NCBI GenBank assembly: GCA_965248355.1 | Contig: OZ252098.1 | Span: 3,104,001 to 3,168,000 of the forward strand | DNA: 64,000 bases | Reading direction: 5' to 3' | Origin: Candidatus Latescibacterota bacterium | GTDB lineage: Bacteria > Latescibacterota > UBA2968 > UBA8231 | Part shown: one piece after another, positions 19,296 through 28,018 of the stretch | How positions within the stretch are numbered: the first letter of the stretch is position 1 | Layout of the letters: each line of letters starts with the position of its first letter | Notes under the pieces: model-generated | Seen by the model: the letters and a program-made list of their open reading frames with translations, nothing else | Database searches by the model: none | What the model was told of the DNA's origin: nothing | Made by a program: the position numbers and the translations under genes

Positions 19296-20402
19296 ATGGA
19301 CACCCTCTCCCCGGCCGCGCCCGCCGAGGCCGGCCTCTCCGCCGCCACCCTCGACCGGGCCGCGGGCCTGCTCTCCGACACCGCCGCCGCCGGCCGCGTC
19401 ACCGCCGCCAGCCTCACCGTGGCCCGCCGCGGCCGGCTGGTGCTGTCCCGGGGCTTCGGCTCCCTGCGCCCGGAGCCGGGCGGCCCGGCGGTGGAGGCCG
19501 ACTCCACCTTCCTGCTGGCCTCGATCACCAAGCCGGTCACGGCGTGCGCCGTGATGCTCCTCGTCGACCGGGGGCTCGTCTCCCTCGACGACCCGGTGCA
19601 GCTCCACGTCCCCGAGTTCCACGGCTGGGACAAGTCCCGGATCCGGGTGCGCGACGTCCTCTCCCACATCTCCGGCCTGCCCGACATGCTGCCGCAGAAC
19701 GTGCTCCTGCGCCGGCGCCACGCGACCATGGCCGAGTTCGTGGACGGCGCCGTCCACGCCCGGCTGCTCTTCCGGCCGCGCACCGGTTTCCGCTACCAGA
19801 GCAAGGGCATCCTGCTGGCCGCCGAGATCGTCGAGCGCGTCACCGGCCGGCGCCTGCGCGACTTCGAGAGAGAGGAGATCTTCGAGCCCCTGGGCATGGG
19901 GCGCAGCTGCCTGGGCCTGGGGGGCTACGCCATCGAGGAGACGGTCTGGTGCGGCACCTCCATGGAGCTGGACGCCGACGGCCGCCGCTTCGGCCCCAAC
20001 TCGCCGTACTGGCGCGACTTCGGCTGCCCCTGGGGCGGCATGCACTCCACCGGGCCCGACCTGGCCGTCCTGCTGCAGTGCATGCTCGACGGCGGGGCGT
20101 ACGGGGGCGTCCGCGTCTTCAGCCGCGCCGCGGCCGCGGCCATGGTCCGCGACCACAACCCGCCGCGCCTCGAAGCCCCCTGGGGCCTCGGCTGGGCCCT
20201 GCGCGACTCGACGGCGTGGGCCTTCTTCGGCGAGCAGGTCTCGGCGGGAACCTTCGGCCACGTGGGCGCCACCGGCACCGTGGCCTGGGCCGACCCGGCC
20301 TCGGGGCTGATCTGTGTCTGCCTGACCAACGAGAAGATCGACGGCGGCGCCCTGCTGCGCCGGGTCTCCAACGTGGTCGCCGCCTCCGTCGAGGAGGACT
20401 GA
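19296..20402 (+). CDS. Serine hydrolase, beta-lactamase family
   Basis: LASITK (SxxK), LSHISGL, FRYQS, FGHVGATG. Confidence 0.9.
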   Translation: MDTLSPAAPAEAGLSAATLDRAAGLLSDTAAAGRVTAASLTVARRGRLVLSRGFGSLRPEPGGPAVEADSTFLLASITKPVTACAVMLLVDRGLVSLDDPVQLHVPEFHGWDKSRIRVRDVLSHISGLPDMLPQNVLLRRRHATMAEFVDGAVHARLLFRPRTGFRYQSKGILLAAEIVERVTGRRLRDFEREEIFEPLGMGRSCLGLGGYAIEETVWCGTSMELDADGRRFGPNSPYWRDFGCPWGGMHSTGPDLAVLLQCMLDGGAYGGVRVFSRAAAAAMVRDHNPPRLEAPWGLGWALRDSTAWAFFGEQVSAGTFGHVGATGTVAWADPASGLICVCLTNEKIDGGALLRRVSNVVAASVEED

Positions 20403-20406
20403 ACCC

Positions 20407-21369
20407 CTGCTGGACCGGAAGACCCTGGGCCGCACCGGCACCGAGGTCTCCAGCCTCGGCGTGGGCGGCTTCCTCGGCCTGCTCCTGGACCCGGAGGCGA
20501 CACCCGCCCGGTGCGAGGAGGCCGGCGTCGAGGCCGTGGGCCGCGCCGTCGAGTTGGGCGTGCGCTACTTCGACACCTCGCCGGCCTACGGCAACGGCCT
20601 CTCCGAGCGCCATCTCGCCGCCGGGTTGAGGGCCCTCGACCCGGGGGTGCGGGCGGGCCTCACGGTGTCCACCAAGGTGGGCACCCACCCCGAGCGCCGC
20701 TACGCGTACGGGGCCGACGACGTGCGCTGGTGCTTCGACCGCAGCCGCGAGCTGCTCGGCGCCATCGACGTGGTCCTGGTCCACGACCCCGCCAGCGACG
20801 AGCACCTCGACACGATCCTGGGTCCGGGCGGCGCCTTCGACGCCCTGGAGGAGCTGAAGGCCGGGGGCCGGATCCGCGCCATCGGCCTGGGGGTGCGCAG
20901 CCACCGCTTCCTGCGGCGAGCCCTCGAGTCCGGCCGCGCCGACGTGATCCTGCCATCCTACGACTACCACCTGGTGCGGAGGTCCGCGGCGGCGCTTCTG
21001 GCCGAGGCCGCCGCAGCCGGCGTCGGTGTGATCAACGGTTCCCCCTACCAGGCCGGCCTGCTCGCCGGCATCGACCTCGACGAGGAGGCGCGCCGGTGGA
21101 GGCCGGGGAACGCCGACCTGGCGAGGGCCCGTCGGATCGCCGCCTGGTGCGGGGAGAGGGGGGTCGACGTGGGCGCCGTGGCCGTGCAGTTCAGCCTGCG
21201 GGAGCCCCGCATCGACGCCACGCTGGTGGGACCGCGGACCACGGCGGAGGTGGAATCCTGCCTGGACCACGCCACCGCCGAGCTGCCCGAGGGGATCTGG
21301 GAGGAGCTGGAGGACTGCCTCGCCGGCCTGCAGCCGCCCCCGGAGCCGGGGGGCGAGGCCTCGCGCTGA
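20407..21369 (+). CDS. Aldo/keto reductase (probable CTG start)
   Basis: LLDRKTLGRTGTEVSSLGVGG, YFDTSPAYGNGLSE, STKVG, LVHDP. Confidence 0.85.
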   Translation: MLDRKTLGRTGTEVSSLGVGGFLGLLLDPEATPARCEEAGVEAVGRAVELGVRYFDTSPAYGNGLSERHLAAGLRALDPGVRAGLTVSTKVGTHPERRYAYGADDVRWCFDRSRELLGAIDVVLVHDPASDEHLDTILGPGGAFDALEELKAGGRIRAIGLGVRSHRFLRRALESGRADVILPSYDYHLVRRSAAALLAEAAAAGVGVINGSPYQAGLLAGIDLDEEARRWRPGNADLARARRIAAWCGERGVDVGAVAVQFSLREPRIDATLVGPRTTAEVESCLDHATAELPEGIWEELEDCLAGLQPPPEPGGEASR

Positions 21370-21376
21370 GGGGGCC

Positions 21377-22288
21377 TCAGGCCGGACCGAGCCCGGCTCG
21401 CACCTCGGAGAGGGTCTGATGCAGGGCGTCGTGGATCAGCTCGTCGTACCCGTCCCAGGGGTGCTCGCCCACGCGGGTGCGCGGACCGATGGGCAGGCCC
21501 CGGCGGGCCAGGTAGCGCTTGGCCGACTGCGGGTACTTCAGCTTCACCACCGAGTCCATCAGGGTGAGACGTCGCTGGACCCAGTCCGCCATCTCGTGGC
21601 CGGGGTGGGCGCAGAGCCAGGCGAACAGATCGGGGTAGACGTTGGCGGCCACGGGCGACAGGCCGGCGGCGCCGAGCCGCAGCGACGGCAGGGCCGAGGC
21701 GGCGGCGGCGTTGAACATGGCGAATCCCGGGTCGGCGGAGGCGGCCTCGGCCTTGGGACCGAAGAGGGCGGGGTCCCGCGAGGTGTCCTTCATGTAGCGG
21801 AAGCGGCCGGTGGCCGCCGCCCGGGCCACGAACCCCGCCGAGGTCACCCGGTGGTAGGGCTCGGGGCACTCGTACAGGCCGAGAGGGACCGGGTCGGTGG
21901 CCTCCACCAGCTGCTCCAGCGCCGCCAGCAGCACCGGCTCGCCGGCCTCCCGGCCGCAGAGCTGGTTGGTCAGCACGACCACGGCGTCGACCCCGGTGTC
22001 GGCCATGCGGCGCACGAATCCGGCCTGCTCGGCCACGGGTCCGCCGAAGGTGCCGGTGGCCGCCACGGGCACCCGGCCGGAGGCGCGCGCCACGACGCGC
22101 GAGGCGAGGGCCAGCCGCTCGTCGTCGGAGAGGTGGTACATCTCGCTCGACTGGCAGACGGCGAAGAGGCCCTTCGAGCCGCCGTCGATGTAGAAGTCGA
22201 CGAGAGCATCGACCCCCTCATCGTCGACGGACCCGTCGTCGCGGAAGGCGGTGAGCATCACCGGCCACAGCCCCTCGAAGCGGGCCAT
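21377..22288 (-). CDS. Dihydrodipicolinate synthase family lyase
   Basis: WPVMLTAF, VCQSSEM, LYECP, YMKDTS (Schiff-base Lys). Confidence 0.9.
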   Translation of the reverse strand: MARFEGLWPVMLTAFRDDGSVDDEGVDALVDFYIDGGSKGLFAVCQSSEMYHLSDDERLALASRVVARASGRVPVAATGTFGGPVAEQAGFVRRMADTGVDAVVVLTNQLCGREAGEPVLLAALEQLVEATDPVPLGLYECPEPYHRVTSAGFVARAAATGRFRYMKDTSRDPALFGPKAEAASADPGFAMFNAAAASALPSLRLGAAGLSPVAANVYPDLFAWLCAHPGHEMADWVQRRLTLMDSVVKLKYPQSAKRYLARRGLPIGPRTRVGEHPWDGYDELIHDALHQTLSEVRAGLGPA

Positions 22289-23157
22289 CAGACGACCTCC
22301 ACGCCGGCGCCCACGCCTTCCTCCAGCTCGGCGACGCTGGCGAAGGCGACGAGGACGCAGGTCACGGCGGGGTTCTCCTGGACCCAGCGGATGGCGCGGT
22401 TCGTGGGCGGCACCACCTCGCCCGGCTCGCACAGCTCCTGCCAGGGCCCGTTGACGATGGGGTAGATCAGGTCGAGGTCGCTGCGCGTCGGTTCCCCCCG
22501 CGGCGCCAGGCGGATCACGTCCTCGGGCCCGGCGGCGGACCAGTCGGTGCGCACCTGAGCCTCCCAGGGCAGCCACTGGCCGCCCAGGGCCTTCATGACC
22601 AGCACCCCCTTGCCCGCCTGGCGGGAGCGCGCCAAGCCGGGCTCCTGGGTGCGGCGGACGTAGTTGTAGATCACCAGGTCGCCCTCGGCCTCCGGCTCGG
22701 GCCCGCGCCCGGCGTAGGCCTCCTGGTCGGCCTCGTGGTGGCGGATCAGGCAGAGGGCCCGCACCTTGCCCGCCTGCCTCAGGGCGGCGGCGGCCTCGCG
22801 CACGGCGGGGTCCGTCATCCAGGAGCGGTGGTGGACGCGCAGGATGTCGATCGCCTCGCGCTGCACGTTGGCCAGGTGGCCCTCCACGACCTGGGCCAGG
22901 GTCGCCGGGTCGGGGTCGCCCACCTTGAGGGAGAAGTAGTGGCCGCCGCCGGGGCCCTTCAGCTCGTCGGGGATGTGGACCTCGTCGCCGTAGCCCATGT
23001 CGAAGAGGTTGACCCCCAACTCGGCGGCGCGCAGGTAGATGGCGCGCTTCTCCTCCGGCGGCGGGGTGCCCTCGGCGCCCTCGAAGCGGGCCAGCAGCCC
23101 GCCGAGACCCATCACGCTCAGCTCCAGATCGGTGCTTCCGAATCGCCTCCGTTCCAT
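22288..23157 (-). CDS. Aldo/keto reductase-like protein (divergent)
   Basis: MERRRFGSTDLELSVMGLGG, GVNLFDMGY, VMKALGG. Confidence 0.75.
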   Translation of the reverse strand: MERRRFGSTDLELSVMGLGGLLARFEGAEGTPPPEEKRAIYLRAAELGVNLFDMGYGDEVHIPDELKGPGGGHYFSLKVGDPDPATLAQVVEGHLANVQREAIDILRVHHRSWMTDPAVREAAAALRQAGKVRALCLIRHHEADQEAYAGRGPEPEAEGDLVIYNYVRRTQEPGLARSRQAGKGVLVMKALGGQWLPWEAQVRTDWSAAGPEDVIRLAPRGEPTRSDLDLIYPIVNGPWQELCEPGEVVPPTNRAIRWVQENPAVTCVLVAFASVAELEEGVGAGVEVV

Positions 23158-23209
23158 CCCTCCGCTACCTTTCCGCCATGATTGAATCGAAGCCGGAAAC
23201 ATACTCGCC

Positions 23210-24613
23210 ATGACCGACCGCCCCAACATCCTCCTGTTCTTCACCGACGACCAGCGCTTCGACACGATCGGCGCCCTGGGCCCTCCCGTGATCACCCCCA
23301 ACCTCGACCGTCTCTGCGCCTCGGGCACGGCCTTCACCGACGCCTACATCATGGGCGGCTCCCGCCAGGCCGTGTGCATGCCCAGCCGCGCCATGCTGCA
23401 CACGGGGCGGTCCCTCTACCGCCTCCAGGGCCAGGGCCAGACGATCCCCTCCGATCACGCCATGCTCGGCGAGACCCTGCGGCGGGCGGGGTACGACACC
23501 TTCGGGACCGGGAAGTGGCACAACTCGACGGAGCCCTTCGTGCGCTCCTTCTCCCACGGGGCCGAGATCTACTTCGGCGGCATGGGCGATCACTGGAACG
23601 TGCCGGTCTGCGACTTCGATCCCTCCGGCCGCTACGAGGGGCGCATCCCCCAGACCACCGACTTCCGCGCCCAGTCCGTCTCTTGGCGCCGGGGGGACCA
23701 CATGCGCCCCGGCGTGCATTCCACCGAGGTCTTCGCCGACGCCGTCATCCACTTCCTCCGCGGCCGGCGTCCCGGGGACGCCCCGTTCTTCGCCTACCTC
23801 TCCTTCCTGGCGCCCCACGACCCGCGCACCATGCCCCCCGAGTTCCTCGAGATGTACCCGCCCGCCGAGGTCGAGCTGCCGCCGAGCTTCCGGCCGGAGC
23901 ACCCCTTCGACAACGGCGAGCTGCGCGTCCGCGACGAGCTGCTGGCCGGGTTCCCGCGCGGCGAGGACGAGGTCCGCGAGCACCTGGCCGCCTACTACGC
24001 CATGATCAGCCACGTCGACGCCCACACGGGCCGCGTCCTCCATCAGCTCGAGCGCGCCGGCCTGGCCGAGGATACCCTGGTCGTCTTCGCCGGCGACAAC
24101 GGCCTGGCCGTGGGCCGCCACGGGCTCCTGGGCAAGCAGAGCCTCTACGAGCACTCGGTGCGCGTGCCCCTGATCTTCGCCGGCCCCGGCGTTCCCGCGG
24201 GGGAGCGGCGCCAGGCCCTGGCCTGCCTGACCGACATCTTCCCGACCCTGTGCGAGCTGACCGGGGTCGAGAGGCCGGACTCGGTGGAGGCCCCCAGCCT
24301 GGCGCCCTGTCTGGCCGACGGGAGCGCGGCCGTGCGCGACCACGCCCTGTTCGCCTACCGCCACTTCATGCGGGGCGTCCGCGACACGGCCGGGAACAAG
24401 CTCATCGAGACCGCCGCCGCGGGGCAGCGGCACACGCAGCTCTTCGATCTGGCGGACGATCCCTTCGAGGTCCGGGACCTGTCCGGCGATCCGGCCCGGG
24501 CGGACACGTTGTCCAGCCTGCGGCGGGAGCTGACCGCGTGGCCCCGCGACCTCGGCGACGACCAGGAGGGCCAGGGCGGCGAGTTCTGGGAGCGCATGGA
24601 GTGGGCCCGCTGA
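23210..24613 (+). CDS. Formylglycine-dependent sulfatase
   Basis: PNILLFFTDD, CMPSRAMLHTG (CxPxR), GKWH, GDNG, GKQSLYE. Confidence 0.95.
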   Translation: MTDRPNILLFFTDDQRFDTIGALGPPVITPNLDRLCASGTAFTDAYIMGGSRQAVCMPSRAMLHTGRSLYRLQGQGQTIPSDHAMLGETLRRAGYDTFGTGKWHNSTEPFVRSFSHGAEIYFGGMGDHWNVPVCDFDPSGRYEGRIPQTTDFRAQSVSWRRGDHMRPGVHSTEVFADAVIHFLRGRRPGDAPFFAYLSFLAPHDPRTMPPEFLEMYPPAEVELPPSFRPEHPFDNGELRVRDELLAGFPRGEDEVREHLAAYYAMISHVDAHTGRVLHQLERAGLAEDTLVVFAGDNGLAVGRHGLLGKQSLYEHSVRVPLIFAGPGVPAGERRQALACLTDIFPTLCELTGVERPDSVEAPSLAPCLADGSAAVRDHALFAYRHFMRGVRDTAGNKLIETAAAGQRHTQLFDLADDPFEVRDLSGDPARADTLSSLRRELTAWPRDLGDDQEGQGGEFWERMEWAR

Positions 24614-24680
24614 GGCCGGGACAGGGCGCCGCTGAGTCACCCGTCTCTCGGGCTCGCGGCCTCCGGCAAGGAGCAAGATC

Positions 24681-24740
24681 ATGGCAGCTTCCGTGGCCGA
24701 CCGGCTGCGCGGACCCGTCGTCCCGCTGAACGTCTGCTTC
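24681..24740 (+). pseudogene. DHDPS-family gene, 5' fragment
   Basis: SD AAGGAG then MAASVADRLRGPVVPLNVCF; abrupt switch to AT-rich DNA at 24741. Confidence 0.7.
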
Positions 24741-24775
24741 TGTCGAAAATGGTTTTATGTGAGTAGGTAGGCACG

Positions 24776-24813
24776 AAAAAGGACGGCACTCGATGAGAGA
24801 GTACCGTCCTTTT
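24776..24813 (-). terminator. Intrinsic terminator (possibly bidirectional)
   Basis: AAAAA-GGACGGCACTC...GAGTACCGTCC-TTTT; the single mismatch is a G-U pair on the minus strand. Confidence 0.8.
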
Positions 24814-24928
24814 GCTTTGGCTGGCTGCCTGGTGAGGCTGCTACTTCGTACCCGTAAGAATGTCTACGCCAAGGTCCAAGGCTCCCCTTCCTTGTGGGAC
24901 ATTCGTATTTTCATCTCTTGCACTTCCA

Positions 24929-25405
24929 CTACTCGATTACTTCAACTTCTCCCATGACTTCGGTAGCATGGGCAAGGGCTTGCTTCCGGCTGATCCAACC
25001 GTTGCCTTCGTTGGCTGGCTCGCCGTTGATGTTCAAGTACCATTTCTTTTCGAGGCGGAACAGTTCGGCGGTAGAATCGCCTTCGCTGGCTTGGAGCATT
25101 TGCCGATCAGGGAGAGGTTGCCGCCCGCGCTTCTTCGTGGCTGCTTTCTTCTTCGCTGCTTTCTTCTTCCTCCGTCCATTCTTCGGAGCAGGTTCTGAAG
25201 CCGTTGTAGCCGCCTCTGCCGCCTCCTGAGCCTCATGGGTGTCCTGAGTCGCCTTCCGCCGTGCTCGCTTCTTAGGGGCAGCCAGAGGCGCAGCAAGCGG
25301 AGCGATTGTCGTTGACGCTCCTACACCGGGGCGAACTATGATCTGCGGTTCTTCACCGGGAGCGGCATAGACTTCTATGACGAGTTGCGGAGTTCCTTCG
25401 GGCAT
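24929..25405 (-). CDS. Hypothetical Lys/Ala-rich basic protein
   Basis: SD AAGGA; PKKRARRK and GRRKKKAAKKKAATKKRGRQP; followed by a terminator. Confidence 0.65.
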   Translation of the reverse strand: MPEGTPQLVIEVYAAPGEEPQIIVRPGVGASTTIAPLAAPLAAPKKRARRKATQDTHEAQEAAEAATTASEPAPKNGRRKKKAAKKKAATKKRGRQPLPDRQMLQASEGDSTAELFRLEKKWYLNINGEPANEGNGWISRKQALAHATEVMGEVEVIE

Positions 25406-25486
25406 GGGATGGTTTTCCTTGGATAAGGGTGAGTGGGTGAAAAGGGATAGGAGAGAAAAGGGTGTCATTCTAATGGGGAGACAAAA

Positions 25487-25611
25487 TCACTGATTCTGAA
25501 TTGATCTCATGGCATCCTCTTGTGTCAAATTTCTAAGGATATCTAAGGTGCGAAGGGAAGTCCGTCCGGGGTTTTCCACCTCACCGGAAAGGACCTCAGC
25601 CCACAGTTTTT
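25487..25611 (-). pseudogene. DUF2806-like gene fragment
   Basis: KLWAEVLSGEVENPGRTSLRTLDILRNLTQEDA matches the recalled family motif. Confidence 0.55.
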
Positions 25612-26525
25612 GCAGCGATGCTCTGATTGGCATTGGGCGTTGACTCTCGTAAGCAATTGTAAAATATCGACTTTCTCGAATAGGGAAACGGTGAAGATTT
25701 GCAGGATTTCGGCCAGACGGCGGTCGACGTGTAGCTGCTTCTTGACGATGGCCACGAACGTAAGTGCTGATAGCGATCCAGATCTGGGTCTTGACCGCGT
25801 TCTCGGAGGTGCCGAAGAACGCTTTGATTTGCAGATGTTGTTTGCGGCATTTGTACAACCGCGGGATGGTCAAGGCGGGAAGGAAACAGGGGATATTGCC
25901 GCGTAGATCCATCAACGTGTGGAGCTTGATGGCGGCTTTGCGCTGACGGAATCGGGCCCACGGAAACAGCGAAAGACACAGATCGATGGTGCTGGAATCG
26001 AAGACATACGCGGTCTCTTCGAGTTGGACTCCGAAGTCGTCTTGGCTGTATAGCTTGCGGGCGTGGCCAATGAGCACCTGAGCGAGGTCGGCGTAGATGC
26101 GCCCGTCCCGGTTCTCGTTGGCATCGGCCAGGGTGCTCCTGGAAACCGGGTATCGAAGGCCGGCATGATACAGCTTGGGCTGCATCGCCCGCAAGCAGGT
26201 CTCGATGTCCCGTAGGCTTTCTCGACCGGTGAGTTGCGCAAAGGCCATGCACAGAAACTGATCGCGACACTTGAAGTGCCGTGTCCTGTATTTGCCATGG
26301 TACCGACGTACGCATCTGTTGAACTCGTGCCTGGGTAGGAAATCCATGAGCTGTGAAAATACAATCCGTCCCGTATGCATCGGCCATTCCCTCCCTCGCT
26401 AAAGGCAGCGCTGAATGGCCCAAATCTACGATCGATTTCAAATCGACAACGGTCATTTATTCGCACAACTCATTGTAGATACGTTACTTACACGATCCTT
26501 CAAAGCGCTCAACCGGACAGTAGTG
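25612..26525 (-). mobile_element. IS4-family (DUF4372-type) element remnant: left end intact, transposase internally deleted, right end lost
   Basis: MHTGRIVFSQL...AQLTGRESLRDI...DSSTIDL...KAFFGTSENAVKTQIWIA; terminal CACTACTGTCCGGTTGA ending at 26525. Confidence 0.85.
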
Positions 26526-26737
26526 AGGAGACACGGCAAATAGGTCTTCTCCCCTTTGTCATTGAGTTCTCCGAGGGGATGCCCATACAGGAACCGTCAT
26601 CTGAAGACACTCCTAGGGCGGCAACCGAACTTAGAAAGCGGGGAGGCATCAAGGCCCTGTTGACACTCCTCTTTGAGAAATAGAGCAAGGAATAGAGCAA
26701 GCGGAATATAGGTGCTCAAAATTGACATTGCCAAAGT

Positions 26738-27214
26738 ATCGGCCCCGGTACCCGGCAGGCGGAGCTGCTGCGCGCCTATTTCGACGAGGCCAACGACGAC
26801 CACCCCTTCTACGACTACTACGACCTGTGCCGGGCCACGAAGGACGAGGACTTCGCCGTGCTCAGCGGCGGCCAGATGCGCAACTTCGTCCTCGGCCACC
26901 AGCTCGGCTCCAGCGGCTACCTGTGCACCACCGCCCCCTTCCGGCCGGACGTGGCCCTGGCCTTCCACGGCACCCTCACCCGGGGCGACTACGACGGCGC
27001 CTGGCGGGCCGTGGCCCGCTGGGAGGACCGCTGGCTGGCCGCGGCCGTGGAGATCGGCTGGCTGCGGGCCATCAAGACGGCCCTCTTCCTCCACGGCCTG
27101 CAGCCCTCGGACCGCCTCGGCGGCACCTGGACCGAGGCCACCCGGGACGAGCGCGAGGCGGTGGGGCGAGTGCTGACGGAAGTCTTCGGACCGATCGAGA
27201 GGGTGGGGTTGTGA
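26738..27214 (+). pseudogene. DHDPS-family gene, 3' fragment with internal deletions
   Basis: IGPGTRQA/ELLRAYFDEA/NDDHPFYDYYDL...FAVLSGGQMRNF...GSSGYL...AIKTAL; high GC resumes; catalytic Lys not present. Confidence 0.65.
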
Positions 27215-27245
27215 GTGAGCGCGTGCCGTAGCAGACTGCCCCGTT

Positions 27246-27453
27246 TCAAGGGACAGTGATGCTCTCCCGGATGGCATCTGGCGGGACGGCTCGCAGGCCC
27301 TCCTCGCGACGATCCTGAAGGATGAGGGCTATGGCCTCGGCGCAGGTTCGCGCGTACTTCGTCCCTGGTTCGGCCCTGACCGTTGGCCCCGGGGATCTCC
27401 GGGCACCAGGCGATGTACCATTCCCCGTCCTGCTCGATGATCGCCGTGAACTC
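27246..27453 (-). pseudogene. HicB-like antitoxin remnant
   Basis: EFTAIIEQDGEWYIAWCPEIPGANGQGRTRDEVRANL, a +1 frameshift, then AEAIALILQDRREEGLRAVP; no start codon. Confidence 0.8.
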
Positions 27454-27463
27454 AGAAGAGTAC

Positions 27464-27488
27464 CAACACCCGGACGGCGCCGTTCGTC
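27464..27488 (+). promoter_or_regulatory. ECF-type promoter (CAAC...CGTC), copy 1
   Basis: CAACACCCGGACGGCGCCGTTCGTC directly upstream of an ECF sigma gene; identical to 53694-53718. Confidence 0.6.
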
Positions 27489-27515
27489 ATGGAGGTATGA
27501 GAGCAGACGTGCCGG

Positions 27516-27986
27516 ATGACGATCGAGGACCTCTACGAGGAGCACGAGGAGAGCCTGCAACGGCTGGCATTCCGTCTGGCGCGGGACACGGACGCCGCCC
27601 AGGACCTCGTGCAGGAGACCTTCGTCCGGGCCCTGGGGCACGCGCTGCTGCTGGCGCAGCTCAACCGCCACCAGCAGCGCGCCTGGCTGGGGCGGACCTT
27701 GAGGCGGCTGTTCCTGGACCGGCGCGCGGAGCGGCTCCGGCAGGCGGCGCTGCTGGAGCTCTACGGGCGGGAAGCACCGACGGCGGTGGACGCCGATGAG
27801 GACGCCGGGTTCGATCCCTTCGACCTGGCGCCCGCCGAGGATCGGGAGCTCCTGGAGATGCGCTATCGTCAGGGACTCTCCAGCGCCGAGATCGCGGCCG
27901 AGTTGGACCTGCCTCCCGGCACCGTTCGCTGGCGCCTGCACCGGGCGGTGAGCCGTCTGCGGGCCCACAAGCACCGCTTCCTCTGA
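27516..27986 (+). CDS. ECF RNA polymerase sigma factor
   Basis: AQDLVQETFVRA (region 2), GLSSAEIAAELDLPPGTVRWRLHRA (region 4). Confidence 0.92.
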   Translation: MTIEDLYEEHEESLQRLAFRLARDTDAAQDLVQETFVRALGHALLLAQLNRHQQRAWLGRTLRRLFLDRRAERLRQAALLELYGREAPTAVDADEDAGFDPFDLAPAEDRELLEMRYRQGLSSAEIAAELDLPPGTVRWRLHRAVSRLRAHKHRFL

Positions 27987-28018
27987 GGGATGACAAGCGC
28001 AAAGGGGAGAAGAGAACC

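Noticed and set aside
24741..26727. TGTC...GACA ends suggesting a Tn7/IS21-like transposon
   Set aside because: Only 4 bp match, with no longer inverted repeat and no target duplication.
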